Shown piece after piece: positions 26,664 through 36,500 of a stretch of DNA of 64,000 nucleotides. The notes below the pieces were generated by a model. The model saw only the letters and a program-made list of their open reading frames with translations, was not told where the DNA came from and did no database searches. The position numbers and the translations under genes are program-made. The number at the start of each line of letters is the position of its first letter. The first letter of the stretch is position 1. Source of the DNA: Armatimonadota bacterium (GTDB lineage Bacteria; Armatimonadota; UBA5829; DTJY01); contig JANYKG010000082.1 in the NCBI GenBank assembly GCA_025358205.1, forward strand, positions 551-64,550, given 5' to 3'.

Positions 26664-28505
26664 ATGCCAGTGATCCGAAGCCTGCGCGATAGAACCGGCA
26701 CGTCACTGATTGAGGTGCTGATAACGCTGGTGGTATTTCTCACCGGTATGGTATACGTTGTCCGCATGTTCCCAGGCGGTTTTGTCAGCCTGAGGCATGA
26801 TGAGAACGTGACAGCGGCTAACCGTCTTGCCCAATCTGAGCTTGAGCGGCTGCAGGGCAGGGCGATCAACCTGCCAACAGGAATCCTGCCTTGGGGTTGG
26901 GACGGCACGGCGTATAATGTGCTTCCGTTGACCGACCCGGAGAACATGGACGACCAGGACACCAAAGGTCTGAGCATGCCGGCGAACTTCGACATGTACT
27001 ATAACACCGACGTGAACAAGTTCCGCCGCGTGCTGGGTGAGTACACGCGCATTCCATCCCCGATCACCACGAACGGTAATGTTGGCTCCATATACGTATT
27101 GCAGTACAGCCCGGTGATGGCTACCGATGTCACCTTCGCGAGTAACGACAATCCCGTACTGGTTGCGGGTGGCGCGCTAAGGCGGAGATGGGTCGCCTCC
27201 GGTCAGGCAGTGGCTTCCAGACTCAGGAGTTTTGGTGACTATGCCATTGATTATGATGAAGCAAAGATTTATCTGCGGCCCTCCACTTCCGCGAATCCCA
27301 GAAGATTCCTGATTAACTATTCCTACTGGGCGGGTAGCGGAACCAGTATGACTCTGACGCCGGTGATAGGAGTCCCTATCATTGTTGGTCCGGCAATCAC
27401 GTCAGATGTCAGCCGCGGATATGTGAAGATTGATATCCCTGCTCCTACAGGAGGTCTGATCAAGGCGGCAACCGGGTTTGACAGCATAGACCGTGCGAGT
27501 GATGTGCTCTCCAGACAGTTCGAGCAGTTGGCTGTTGGCACGGCATGGAGCACTGACGATCCGTATGAGTTTAAGATGATTGATCCGTACCGCGGAGTGG
27601 TGGCATTCAATCCTAGCGGATATTCGTATCAGGAATACACCGCGCGCGGCAGGCAGCCTCTGGTCGCGAACATCACCTATACAGTTCTGGACTGGCATAT
27701 TATCCGCGAAGAGCGCAAGTTGCCGTCCGTGTTGAACAGCGCGGCAGACCAGGACGTGAAGCTCACACTTCGCTACATCAAGGAGAGCGGTGAGACTGAG
27801 GAGTACGGTGGCGGAATGTACCAGGGACTGGCTCCTAACTACGGCTTGCCGTTTGACGTGATAGCGGTTGATGTGGAAACCGGGCTTTGGTACACGAATG
27901 CTGCTGGGTCAGTTGTTCCAGGCACAACACGCCCGGCGATGATGGTGGATTACAAGGGTGGAGTGATTAGATTCGACCCGGGATTTGTGGCGATTCACGC
28001 CAATGATTCAACGAAAGTCAGTCCGTTTGCCGGGAAGTCGTTCCGCATATTCTACCGTGCGGAAGGTGATTGGGCTGTGCAGACCTACAAAGCCTATGAG
28101 AGCTACCAGCGCAGCTACAACAATGGCATTAGCGGCTTGGATCAGCGGCAGTATTTCATGAATGGCAGTCTTCTCTACGTGGCTCAGTGCAACGCGGGCG
28201 GCACGGTGACCGTTGATTTTGCTTATACAGTCGGCAACAACCCACAGGAGTTATTCGCATCCGGCCAGGTTTATCAGATAAACGACGGCAGTGATAGCAG
28301 TATCCCTCCGTTCTGCGCGGACTTGACCTCAAGCTTGAGAAGCACCTACGGAGCTGGAGCCTTGATAAACGTCACCAGGGTCACGAAGGTCAATGGAGTA
28401 TCGCTTGGTGTAAGAGTGATATGGAGGGAATCCGGACGAGGATTCAGCGCCGGACGCTGGCGGAAGATCAAGCTTGAGACTTATCTTACACGATCAGATA
28501 GCTAG
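26664..28505 (+). CDS. PilV-like giant minor pilin (~613 aa)
   Basis: Class-III leader MPVIRSLRDRTG followed by TSLIEVLITLVVFLTGM, with Glu at +5. ATG 26664 has a GGGTGA RBS. The C-terminal ~550 aa are uncharacterised. Alternative upstream in-frame starts exist at 26586-26643. Confidence 0.7.
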   Translation: MPVIRSLRDRTGTSLIEVLITLVVFLTGMVYVVRMFPGGFVSLRHDENVTAANRLAQSELERLQGRAINLPTGILPWGWDGTAYNVLPLTDPENMDDQDTKGLSMPANFDMYYNTDVNKFRRVLGEYTRIPSPITTNGNVGSIYVLQYSPVMATDVTFASNDNPVLVAGGALRRRWVASGQAVASRLRSFGDYAIDYDEAKIYLRPSTSANPRRFLINYSYWAGSGTSMTLTPVIGVPIIVGPAITSDVSRGYVKIDIPAPTGGLIKAATGFDSIDRASDVLSRQFEQLAVGTAWSTDDPYEFKMIDPYRGVVAFNPSGYSYQEYTARGRQPLVANITYTVLDWHIIREERKLPSVLNSAADQDVKLTLRYIKESGETEEYGGGMYQGLAPNYGLPFDVIAVDVETGLWYTNAAGSVVPGTTRPAMMVDYKGGVIRFDPGFVAIHANDSTKVSPFAGKSFRIFYRAEGDWAVQTYKAYESYQRSYNNGISGLDQRQYFMNGSLLYVAQCNAGGTVTVDFAYTVGNNPQELFASGQVYQINDGSDSSIPPFCADLTSSLRSTYGAGALINVTRVTKVNGVSLGVRVIWRESGRGFSAGRWRKIKLETYLTRSDS

Positions 28506-28558
28506 GCCGCATGACTCACGAAGGGCGTGAATCATGCGCTTCGTGCATAGTGCATGCG
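28502..28558 (+). repeat. degenerate double-hairpin repeat, copy F
   Basis: Sequence CTAGGCCGCATGACTCACGAAGGGCGTGAATCATGCGCTTCGTGCATAGTGCATGCG. Hairpin 1 is retained with one mismatch and hairpin 2 is eroded. The CTAG contains the stop codon of the PilV-like gene. Confidence 0.5.
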
Positions 28559-28578
28559 AACAGGGAAGTGATGCAGGT

Positions 28579-30408
28579 ATGCCCAAGTTGAGATTAGATA
28601 ATAAAGGGTTCACCCTGATAGAAATACTGGTGGTGCTGGCGCTGACCATGCTGGTCATGGGCCTGATCTTTTCGCCGCTCGTGAGCAGCCTGAAGGTTAC
28701 GCGCAGCGCGGAGATCATCATCAGGACGCAGGACAATGCCAGATTGGCGCTGGCTCAGATAACCTCTGATCTGAGCAATGCCATGTATGTGTATGATGAC
28801 ACCGAGAACTACATGAACTTCCCGGTGAAGGATGCAACCGGGGCTTCGGCGGTGGCGCGGGTATACAACTCCAAGGTTGACATGATCCTGCCGAGAGTAC
28901 GCCAAGTTTGCCCGAAGGATGCATCACACACGCCAGAGAAACCGGCGAACGAACTGGAAGAAGTAGGTCCTGTGTGCCAGGTTTGCGGTGAAAGGCTGGA
29001 GTCGAAACCTATTCAGCCGCTGACACAGGATACCAAGATTGTGCGGTATTTCATCGGGCTGAAGGACCCCACGCAACCGTATACGAATGGTTATACGGAT
29101 CAGTTGGCGGAGGCGGGAGCGCCGGATAATTCTCATATCCTGTATCGGGTGGAGTTCGATCCGATGGACCCCACGCTCTTCCCGGCGCTTGACCCGGTCA
29201 CCGGTAATCCCAGAACCGCGGACGACAACAGGCAAGACGAGAACTTTTTTTACAATACTTCGATTGCCCCCGATGGCAGGTCGTTTGCCGATAACTGGAA
29301 GAAGATAGTCCGCCCGGTGGTACAGTTGGAAGGCGTGGACCTGATTACGCTGGACTTTGATGATGCCGGCAAACCGGTTGTGACCCCATTGGCGAAGTTC
29401 GCTCCCACCGCCATCTACAACGATCCGCTGGTTCCCACATCTTCAAACGAGGATAACCCTGAGCGCGGAGATGCTCCTCCTGCCACGTACAAGGCGTCTT
29501 ACGGCTACTGGGTGATGCCGTACAAGGTGACACTGGAGCCGGAGGGTGGCAACGGGGAAATTTATGAGACCAACAGAGGGATGGGACTGAGCGGTGTGGC
29601 TGATCCGAGCAACAACATGTGCATATACAAGATGGACCCCACAGCAGCGCCCATGCTTGTCTTCAACATCACGCACTACGAAACCACAAAAGCTATATCG
29701 GCTTACGGCATGGGTGATATCAACGTTCCGATCACAGACCGTCAGCGCATCTTTACAGTGGACACCATGAAGGGCACCGTGAACTTTGCGTTCCCGAACA
29801 TTGACCCAACAAAATCCGCCGCGTTTAATGCCAGGCTTGCCGGCGGTGCAACGCAAAACCGTTCGCTGAGTGACCTTGCCAGTACGGACAAGATATCCCT
29901 GGACCCGGCTACGAAGTTTTTGCTGAACTGCCCGCACATTGGAACGGGGGCATACGATCCACGGATTCTCAACAATGGAACGGTGGTTCCAGGCTCGGTG
30001 AAGGTGATTGCGCCTGATGCTCTGCAGTCTGCTTCCGTACCGCCGTTGGTAACGTACACCAAGGTGCCGTATCTCCTGAGCGAACCGGCGGCCAATCAGT
30101 ATAACGTGGATATGTCATACAACATGGATGAGAGCAACGCTGTAATGCCCGGTGTCGCGGCTTTGTATTTCAACCGACTCAGGGGCGTGGGTTCCGGTGC
30201 GCAGCCCTCACTTCCCAGTGGCACAGACAATGTTCTTATTTACTATAAGGTTCAGAACAACAAAAAGGGCGACGTGCTGCGGGCGAATTACATCACCAAG
30301 AGCGTGATGACTGTGACTGTGGGCATACATATCTACGATACCGGAGCGAAAAAGCCCCAGTCAGTGCAGTTCACGAGCCGCGTCCGCCTAAAGAACATCG
30401 CGTTGTGA
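28579..30408 (+). CDS. PilW-like giant minor pilin (609 aa)
   Basis: Leader MPKLRLDNKG followed by FTLIEILVVLALTM, with Glu at +5. The downstream QDNARLALAQITSDLSNAMYVYD resembles the PilW conserved region. An internal CQVCGERLE Cys pair is present. Confidence 0.72.
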   Translation: MPKLRLDNKGFTLIEILVVLALTMLVMGLIFSPLVSSLKVTRSAEIIIRTQDNARLALAQITSDLSNAMYVYDDTENYMNFPVKDATGASAVARVYNSKVDMILPRVRQVCPKDASHTPEKPANELEEVGPVCQVCGERLESKPIQPLTQDTKIVRYFIGLKDPTQPYTNGYTDQLAEAGAPDNSHILYRVEFDPMDPTLFPALDPVTGNPRTADDNRQDENFFYNTSIAPDGRSFADNWKKIVRPVVQLEGVDLITLDFDDAGKPVVTPLAKFAPTAIYNDPLVPTSSNEDNPERGDAPPATYKASYGYWVMPYKVTLEPEGGNGEIYETNRGMGLSGVADPSNNMCIYKMDPTAAPMLVFNITHYETTKAISAYGMGDINVPITDRQRIFTVDTMKGTVNFAFPNIDPTKSAAFNARLAGGATQNRSLSDLASTDKISLDPATKFLLNCPHIGTGAYDPRILNNGTVVPGSVKVIAPDALQSASVPPLVTYTKVPYLLSEPAANQYNVDMSYNMDESNAVMPGVAALYFNRLRGVGSGAQPSLPSGTDNVLIYYKVQNNKKGDVLRANYITKSVMTVTVGIHIYDTGAKKPQSVQFTSRVRLKNIAL

Positions 30409-30466
30409 AGATGACATTCCGTTCGTAGCAGTACGGCGCGGAAGGGGAGAAGGTAGCAGAGAAAGC

Positions 30467-33373
30467 ATGGATAGAAAAAGCCGAACTTCATTCTTCACCA
30501 ATATGGTAGTATCTCGGCGTGGGCAGACACTTGTGCTTGCGCTGATTATCCTGTTCATGCTGGTATTCCTGGGCGGGCTGTTCGTGACACTTATTGCGCG
30601 GAATCTGGCCCGAACCAGGCGCAGCGGCCAGACGTTGACCGCGGAATACCTTGCAGAGACAGGTGTGCGGTATGCCAGCGATCAGCTTACGTACAGTCTG
30701 GACGGCGCGGACTGGCGTCCGGTGCCGAACTACCCGGATGTGATAAGAAATCTGAATGGCGACAACATAACCACTCCGGTAAAGCCGAACCTATCTGACC
30801 CGGACTACGATTGGCTGACGAAGGGATATTGCCGATTCACGTATGGGGACGGTAGATTTCTCATCAGAGTAACTTATGAACCCAAGTTCGGTGATCCTAT
30901 CTCCAAGTACATCAAAATCGAATCCATAGGCCGTGTGGGCGTCGTGGACGAAAACGACCCTACAACGCTGGACCTGAAGCAGCCGCTACGCCTGAGAGCG
31001 GAACGTGTGGCGTACAAGGCTATCGGCATTACGGATTACTCCAGGTTCATCACAAATCAGGACAGGCGCACGGAGGCATTTGGCTTGGGCGTTCCGGCTT
31101 ACACTCAGCCCAACGGCTTGAAGCAAGCGTTCACCACTCAGTATGGTGACGTGAGTGACTATAACGGTGACACCATACCGGAGCCGCACGGTGGGTCAAT
31201 CCGCGTGAACGGCAACCTGACTTGGTACGGCAAGAACTTCATCTGGCTGGACGCTAAGCATAACGAGGCTGTGGAAGTGGCAGGGGATATCAGTCACGCT
31301 GTGGAGTGGTCCGGCGGCGGCAATGGCCCCACGCCGGAATCCACGATGGTGTACCTGAATCCTGACCGCACTATCTCAGGCTGGCGGACGAATCTTCTCT
31401 TGCGGCAGAGTTCTGATCCGTATTTTGATACCAGCACGGATAACCCAAGTGCGTCTGTGGGCGTGTATCGAGACGGTCGGCCCGAAGGTGATGTCGGCGT
31501 TACGATTGCCGGAGTTTTGCATCGCAGACCGCGCGGCATACAAAGGCTTGATCCGCCGCTGCTCGATGTTACCGGTCCGACAGGCGGCACGGGCAGATAC
31601 CGCGAACTCACTCGCAACTCCGGCGAATGGCTGCCCCCCGCATCTACTGGAGGCACGTGGTACAACACCGGTTTCTACGGATGGGGTAAAGGCCTGTACA
31701 TCAACAACCGAGACGACCTCCAGACCGAGTCTGATCTGAAGACGCTGAGGGATGATTGGATGAACCCCGGCGAATCGCAGAACTGGGTTGGACCGTACTA
31801 CAACCCGCCTGGAATAATCATGGTGCTTACGCCATATGATCTTGACAACGATGATGGCGATAATAACCCGATGACAGGCAAGCCGGACATCATTCTGATG
31901 GAGTCGAACACGTCAGGGGCGAAGTTCAACTGGTATGACAAGAACGGTGGCATCATTACACCCGGCGCCGGGCAGATGGTGATGCCCTATCCCGAGAACG
32001 GCATCATTTTTGCGGAAGGCAATATTCGCATCAAGGGTATGCTCGCGCCGCACAAACAGCTCACCGTGGTTTCGGCGGGTACTATCTATGTGGAAGGGAA
32101 TGTTCTGAAGTGCGGGCTTAAAGACGATGGCACTCCAATGCTGCCGACCGATCCTAAGGACAGCAGCATTGCGCTTCTGGCCACCGACTACGTTGCCGTG
32201 AATGCCACTCAGTTCTTCGGACCCGCGCCGGAGAGCCAGACTCCTGGTAGCTGGCGTCCTGAAATGGGCGGGTTTGATGCGTCGGTGGACCATCCGTTGA
32301 GTTTCGACTTCGCGTTCGGCATGGACCCGTCCGCATGGTATGGAACTATGCCCGTATGCGCGTATGTGCGTCATGCGGCGGACGGCGGCTCTGCTTACAT
32401 GAATATGACGGTCAACCAATTTGGCGCAGGGGCTGATCCGGGCGATCCCACTGATCAATGGTATGGCTTCTACAAGTTCGACATGCAGCCGTGGAGTACC
32501 CTTATTCCGCCTGCTCAGCCCGCGCGGCAGTACATCTACCCCATGGCGGATATTGATGCGGCGGCGACGGTGTTTCCGGTTCCGCCAAATAGCCCGACGG
32601 ATCAATCCAACCTTGTGGCGGTGCAAACTTACCCAATATGGGAGCATCAGGTCTTCACGATATTCCCGCTGAGTAACCCGCCCAGGCCGGATCAGAACTA
32701 TGCGCTGAATATCTTCCCCGGTTCCAGCAATCAGATCGGCTTCCGGCTGGATCAGAACATAGCGAAAGCGGATTACCTGCTTTCAAGGTTCGCAGTGCAG
32801 CCTTGTGACATTCGCGTGGAGGCGATGCTGTACGCTCAGAACGGGTCTTTCTACGTGATATCGGGTGCGCCGTTCAACCCTGATCCAGGCGACAGCAGAA
32901 ATGAGTTCCTGAAGGGGAACGCTGCCGTTTCGGGGAGGCTGGCACGCATGGGCATTGATGAGCGGTGGCCTTTCTATGGTGAGCCGCTGGATGTGCGTTT
33001 GATTATCAACGGTTCGGTGAGCGAGAACGTCAGCGCGCCGATAGCGGATCAAGCAGCATGGATGTCGGCGTGGGGGTGGATTCCGCCCTCACACGGATCG
33101 AGTCCACTGCCGGCGGATGAGGTCATCGGGTACCGGTCGCCTCTCGATCCTGAGAACTCGGAGACTGTTGCGGGCACTAGTGCGTTGCCTGTTCGTCAGC
33201 GTGGGCTATCCATCATCTACGATGATATGCTTTCGTACCCGAAGGTGCCTACTGTTGCCACAGATAGAACCAAGGACGTGCAGATCAGGCGTGATCTTTA
33301 TCTGCGGCCGTTAGCCGTTACGCCAAAGCTGCCGGTGAGCAGTCAGACAATATTCTTTGGCCGTCCCACTTGA
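30467..33373 (+). CDS. PilX N-terminal-domain protein, 968 aa
   Basis: The N-terminus RRGQTLVLALIILFMLVFLGGLFVTLIARNLARTRRSGQTLTAEYLAETGVRYASDQL matches the PilX_N pattern. RBS GGGGAGAAGG. The large C-terminal region has no clear homology that I can assign. Confidence 0.7.
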   Translation: MDRKSRTSFFTNMVVSRRGQTLVLALIILFMLVFLGGLFVTLIARNLARTRRSGQTLTAEYLAETGVRYASDQLTYSLDGADWRPVPNYPDVIRNLNGDNITTPVKPNLSDPDYDWLTKGYCRFTYGDGRFLIRVTYEPKFGDPISKYIKIESIGRVGVVDENDPTTLDLKQPLRLRAERVAYKAIGITDYSRFITNQDRRTEAFGLGVPAYTQPNGLKQAFTTQYGDVSDYNGDTIPEPHGGSIRVNGNLTWYGKNFIWLDAKHNEAVEVAGDISHAVEWSGGGNGPTPESTMVYLNPDRTISGWRTNLLLRQSSDPYFDTSTDNPSASVGVYRDGRPEGDVGVTIAGVLHRRPRGIQRLDPPLLDVTGPTGGTGRYRELTRNSGEWLPPASTGGTWYNTGFYGWGKGLYINNRDDLQTESDLKTLRDDWMNPGESQNWVGPYYNPPGIIMVLTPYDLDNDDGDNNPMTGKPDIILMESNTSGAKFNWYDKNGGIITPGAGQMVMPYPENGIIFAEGNIRIKGMLAPHKQLTVVSAGTIYVEGNVLKCGLKDDGTPMLPTDPKDSSIALLATDYVAVNATQFFGPAPESQTPGSWRPEMGGFDASVDHPLSFDFAFGMDPSAWYGTMPVCAYVRHAADGGSAYMNMTVNQFGAGADPGDPTDQWYGFYKFDMQPWSTLIPPAQPARQYIYPMADIDAAATVFPVPPNSPTDQSNLVAVQTYPIWEHQVFTIFPLSNPPRPDQNYALNIFPGSSNQIGFRLDQNIAKADYLLSRFAVQPCDIRVEAMLYAQNGSFYVISGAPFNPDPGDSRNEFLKGNAAVSGRLARMGIDERWPFYGEPLDVRLIINGSVSENVSAPIADQAAWMSAWGWIPPSHGSSPLPADEVIGYRSPLDPENSETVAGTSALPVRQRGLSIIYDDMLSYPKVPTVATDRTKDVQIRRDLYLRPLAVTPKLPVSSQTIFFGRPT

Positions 33374-33381
33374 TCTTGTGA

Positions 33382-33417
33382 CTAGTCCGCATTACTCACT
33401 TTGTGCATAATACGGGC
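33382..33417 (+). repeat. remnant of the double-hairpin repeat, copy G
   Basis: Sequence CTAGTCCGCATTACTCACTTTGTGCATAATACGGGC. It appears to be half of hairpin 1 fused to half of hairpin 2, starting 9 nt after the stop of the PilX-like gene. Confidence 0.4.
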
Positions 33418-33547
33418 TGGAAGTGGAACACAGCGGGCCTCAAAGTCGTTTAACTAAGTGTGACCTTGACCTGCATTGTTCATGGAGAACGTGAATCACG
33501 CAGGTTATAGAGGAAACGCGTCCGACGCGTATTGGATGGTGAGTGAA

Positions 33548-36500
33548 ATGGCAAGACGATTCGTCAGATACACATTCGCAATAATGCTCTGTGCGGTGTT
33601 GACCACCGGGGCGCTATACGCTGCCAGCTTTACCTACTCAGACCAGGCGAAGCGGATCAAGGCCGGGGTGGTGTTGCCTTCCCTGCCTCCTCCTCCCCCT
33701 CTAGATCCTCGCATGGATCCGGCCAACCGCCCGAACCCATACGTGTTTTATATTATGGATCAGCGTCAGGACATGAAGCCTGCGGGCTGGGAGTTCTACA
33801 ATCCATACGCGTCTTCGCATGTTACCACAGACATGGCGGCCAGATGGGGCGGCATGTGCGCGGTAGGCGACGTTATTGATAAGTCCATGGGGTGTTACTG
33901 GGAGGTTCCGATCGGTGAGGTGAACCCAGACGATCTGGCGCAGTACGATGTGCTTTTTCTCAGCGGATACGGCAACATGACGTTCAACGGCCGCGAGAAG
34001 GAGAAGCTGCGGAAGTTTGTGGATAACGGCGGTGTGCTGTGGGTTGACTATCAGCAGAAGCCAGGGTATCCGGGTCTTCAGACGACGCTTGACCCGACGT
34101 TTTTCGTGCCTTCGATAGCGTTTTCAAATGGCGGCGTGGGTATGAGCGTGCGCGCGGATATCCCGAAAGCGGCAAGTGCGCATGCGCTCTTGAACAGACC
34201 TTTCCTCGTTTCAGGCATGGATGCGAATCTTCTGGGGGGTGGCGGCGGTGCGGCGCCTGGCAATGAATTCTTGAGTCTGGTTGGTGAGGCGCTGCAGACA
34301 TTCATGCCGATAGTGGCGCGCGGCGGCAACCAAGTGGTTTCGGCGGCGCAGTACGGCAGCGGGTACATTGTTGTTACCGCGGACGGCGTGGCGCAGGCGA
34401 TCACCAATCCGGTTGGCGTGGCCGGCGCGGTGTGCGGCAAGTTCTTCATTGCGGCGCAACCGGAGGATCTGAAGCTTTCGTACAACATCGTGAACTGGGG
34501 ATCGGAGTCCCCGGCTCCACGGAAGAACCCCAGACAAACGGGGGGTTCTTTTGAGGAGATAGGTATGCCCCTGGTGCCGCTGTGGAGTTATACCGCGACG
34601 ACGCCCGGCATGAGTGTGAACAGCTCACCGGTTATTCTCGATGACATGATATTCTATGTGGACGGCAACAATGTGCTGCATGCATTCGACTTGTCGCCGA
34701 TACGCGACCGTGACGGAGATGGGAATCCCGATGACGGCCTCCCTGACTACTCGACCGGATCGCCGTGTGACGAACTATGGCGGGTAAGCATTGGTGAGCC
34801 TTGCTCTTCTCCTACTGCGGCCTATGTTCCCATCGGCGGAGGGGTAGTCGGCGCGGTTCCTACCGTGTTCATTGTGACCCAATCAGGCAAAGTGACTGCC
34901 TACAACGCGCTGGATTACACCACAAGTACGGGGCCTACGCCAGTGCAGCTCTTTACTGATTCCAGCCAGGCGCTAAATCCGTTTGTCTTCCCGCCTACTG
35001 CACTTGATACGCGAATACCTGCTGCCACCTATGCTGAGGGTTCGCTCTATGTGGGCGACGGACGTGGGGTTATACACGTTCACAACTTCTTATCTACAGG
35101 CGCAGTCCCGGAATGGAGACACGTGGCCATAGCAAACAATCCGGCTGATGGCATGATTTCGAACTCGCCTACCGTCGGCTATTTTTATGACGCAACCAGC
35201 GGCGCTACCGAGTTGGTTGCCTATCTGAACGGGCGCGGGACGCCTACTCTGGGGGCGAATCCTTATACCGCAGCATATCCTTTAAGTTCGTTCAATGAGA
35301 CACTTGTCCCGGATAATCCAGCAGCTACCCCAGGTCTGTATCGCATACGTTCTGTAAATGCCTATATCGCCACGACTCCGATTGCTCCATTTGATCCGAG
35401 ATTGTACTATACCGACCCCACAACCGGCGCCTTGAATCCAATTCCTACTACCGACTATACACTGCAGAACCCAGGGAAGTTTCAGATTATCAATCCTTCC
35501 GCAACTCTGACGACCATCACCGCATTGGGCGCGTCCGTGGTTGCAGACTATTGGCTTGACTACACGAACCCAGCGGCAACAACGTCGTGGCGATCCATCC
35601 AGATCTGGGGTAACGATAACCCTCTTGACAAGTTGGGCATTACAGGCTCGGCTGCTGCAGGCAAGAACAACACTCTGTATTACGGCACCGAGAACGGCTC
35701 CATTTATGCCGTCAGGGAGACTGGTCGGGCCGGAGCGACCATTGGTGGGGGACCGCTGAGAACTCCTCTTGTGGTGAAGTGGCGCTGGTGCTTCCAGGAC
35801 CCAACTGTCAAAGCGGTAATCGGGACCAATAATGTTGAGATTGTCGGATCACCGGTAGTGGTGAACGATATGGTGTATTTCGGTGTGAATATTGGCAACC
35901 AGGGATTCCTTTTTGCGTTCCAGGCCGATCCGGCGTTTACCATCAGGCTCAATCAGCCGATAGCGCCTAATACGCAGGTGATTCTGAAGCAGATGGACTC
36001 CTTGAGACCGACGACGCCAGTTGCCGGTGTGCCAAGGAATTACGTGGCAGCATCTGACACGGACGTTGACAAGGCGGCGGGTGATACGGTTGCTCTGGTG
36101 GACTATGATACCAGCAAGATATCCGTCATCAACTTCAAAGGTGTTGGCGGCGAGTTGACGTCTTCGGCTGACCTCGTTGTGGAGTATGTCCCGGCGGCCG
36201 CGGTGGTACCCGGTCAGACGCCTATTCCGATTCAGGAACCTCATTACGCGTTCCTGCCGAACTCCGGCGACAATTGGAACAACCTGAAATGGTTCATGAG
36301 ACTGGAGGATATCTCGGTCAATCCGGTAATGAACTACAAGATAGCGTCATCCCCTACGGTGATGGGAGACGTTCTGTACATCGGTTGCCAGGACGGCACC
36401 ATGATCGCGGTGGACGTGGGCAAGGCGAACCAGGCCGCTCCCAAGCAGATGTTGGGCAATGTGCAGGAGAAGTATTTCAAGAATATCCTGACAATCACCG

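Noticed and set aside
28534-28578. Upstream start at 28534 for the PilW-like protein and upstream starts at 26586-26643 for the PilV-like protein
   Set aside because: They would create unusually long prepilin leaders and overlap a repeat-element copy. The chosen ATGs give 10-12 residue basic leaders ending in Gly before F/T-(S/T)-L-I-E, as expected for PilD substrates.
33476-33547. Upstream extension (MFMENVNHAGYRGNASDAYWMVSE) of the 1460-aa ORF
   Set aside because: No RBS is visible. The downstream ATG at 33548 has a GGTGAG RBS and begins a typical signal peptide (MARRFVRY...ALYAAS).
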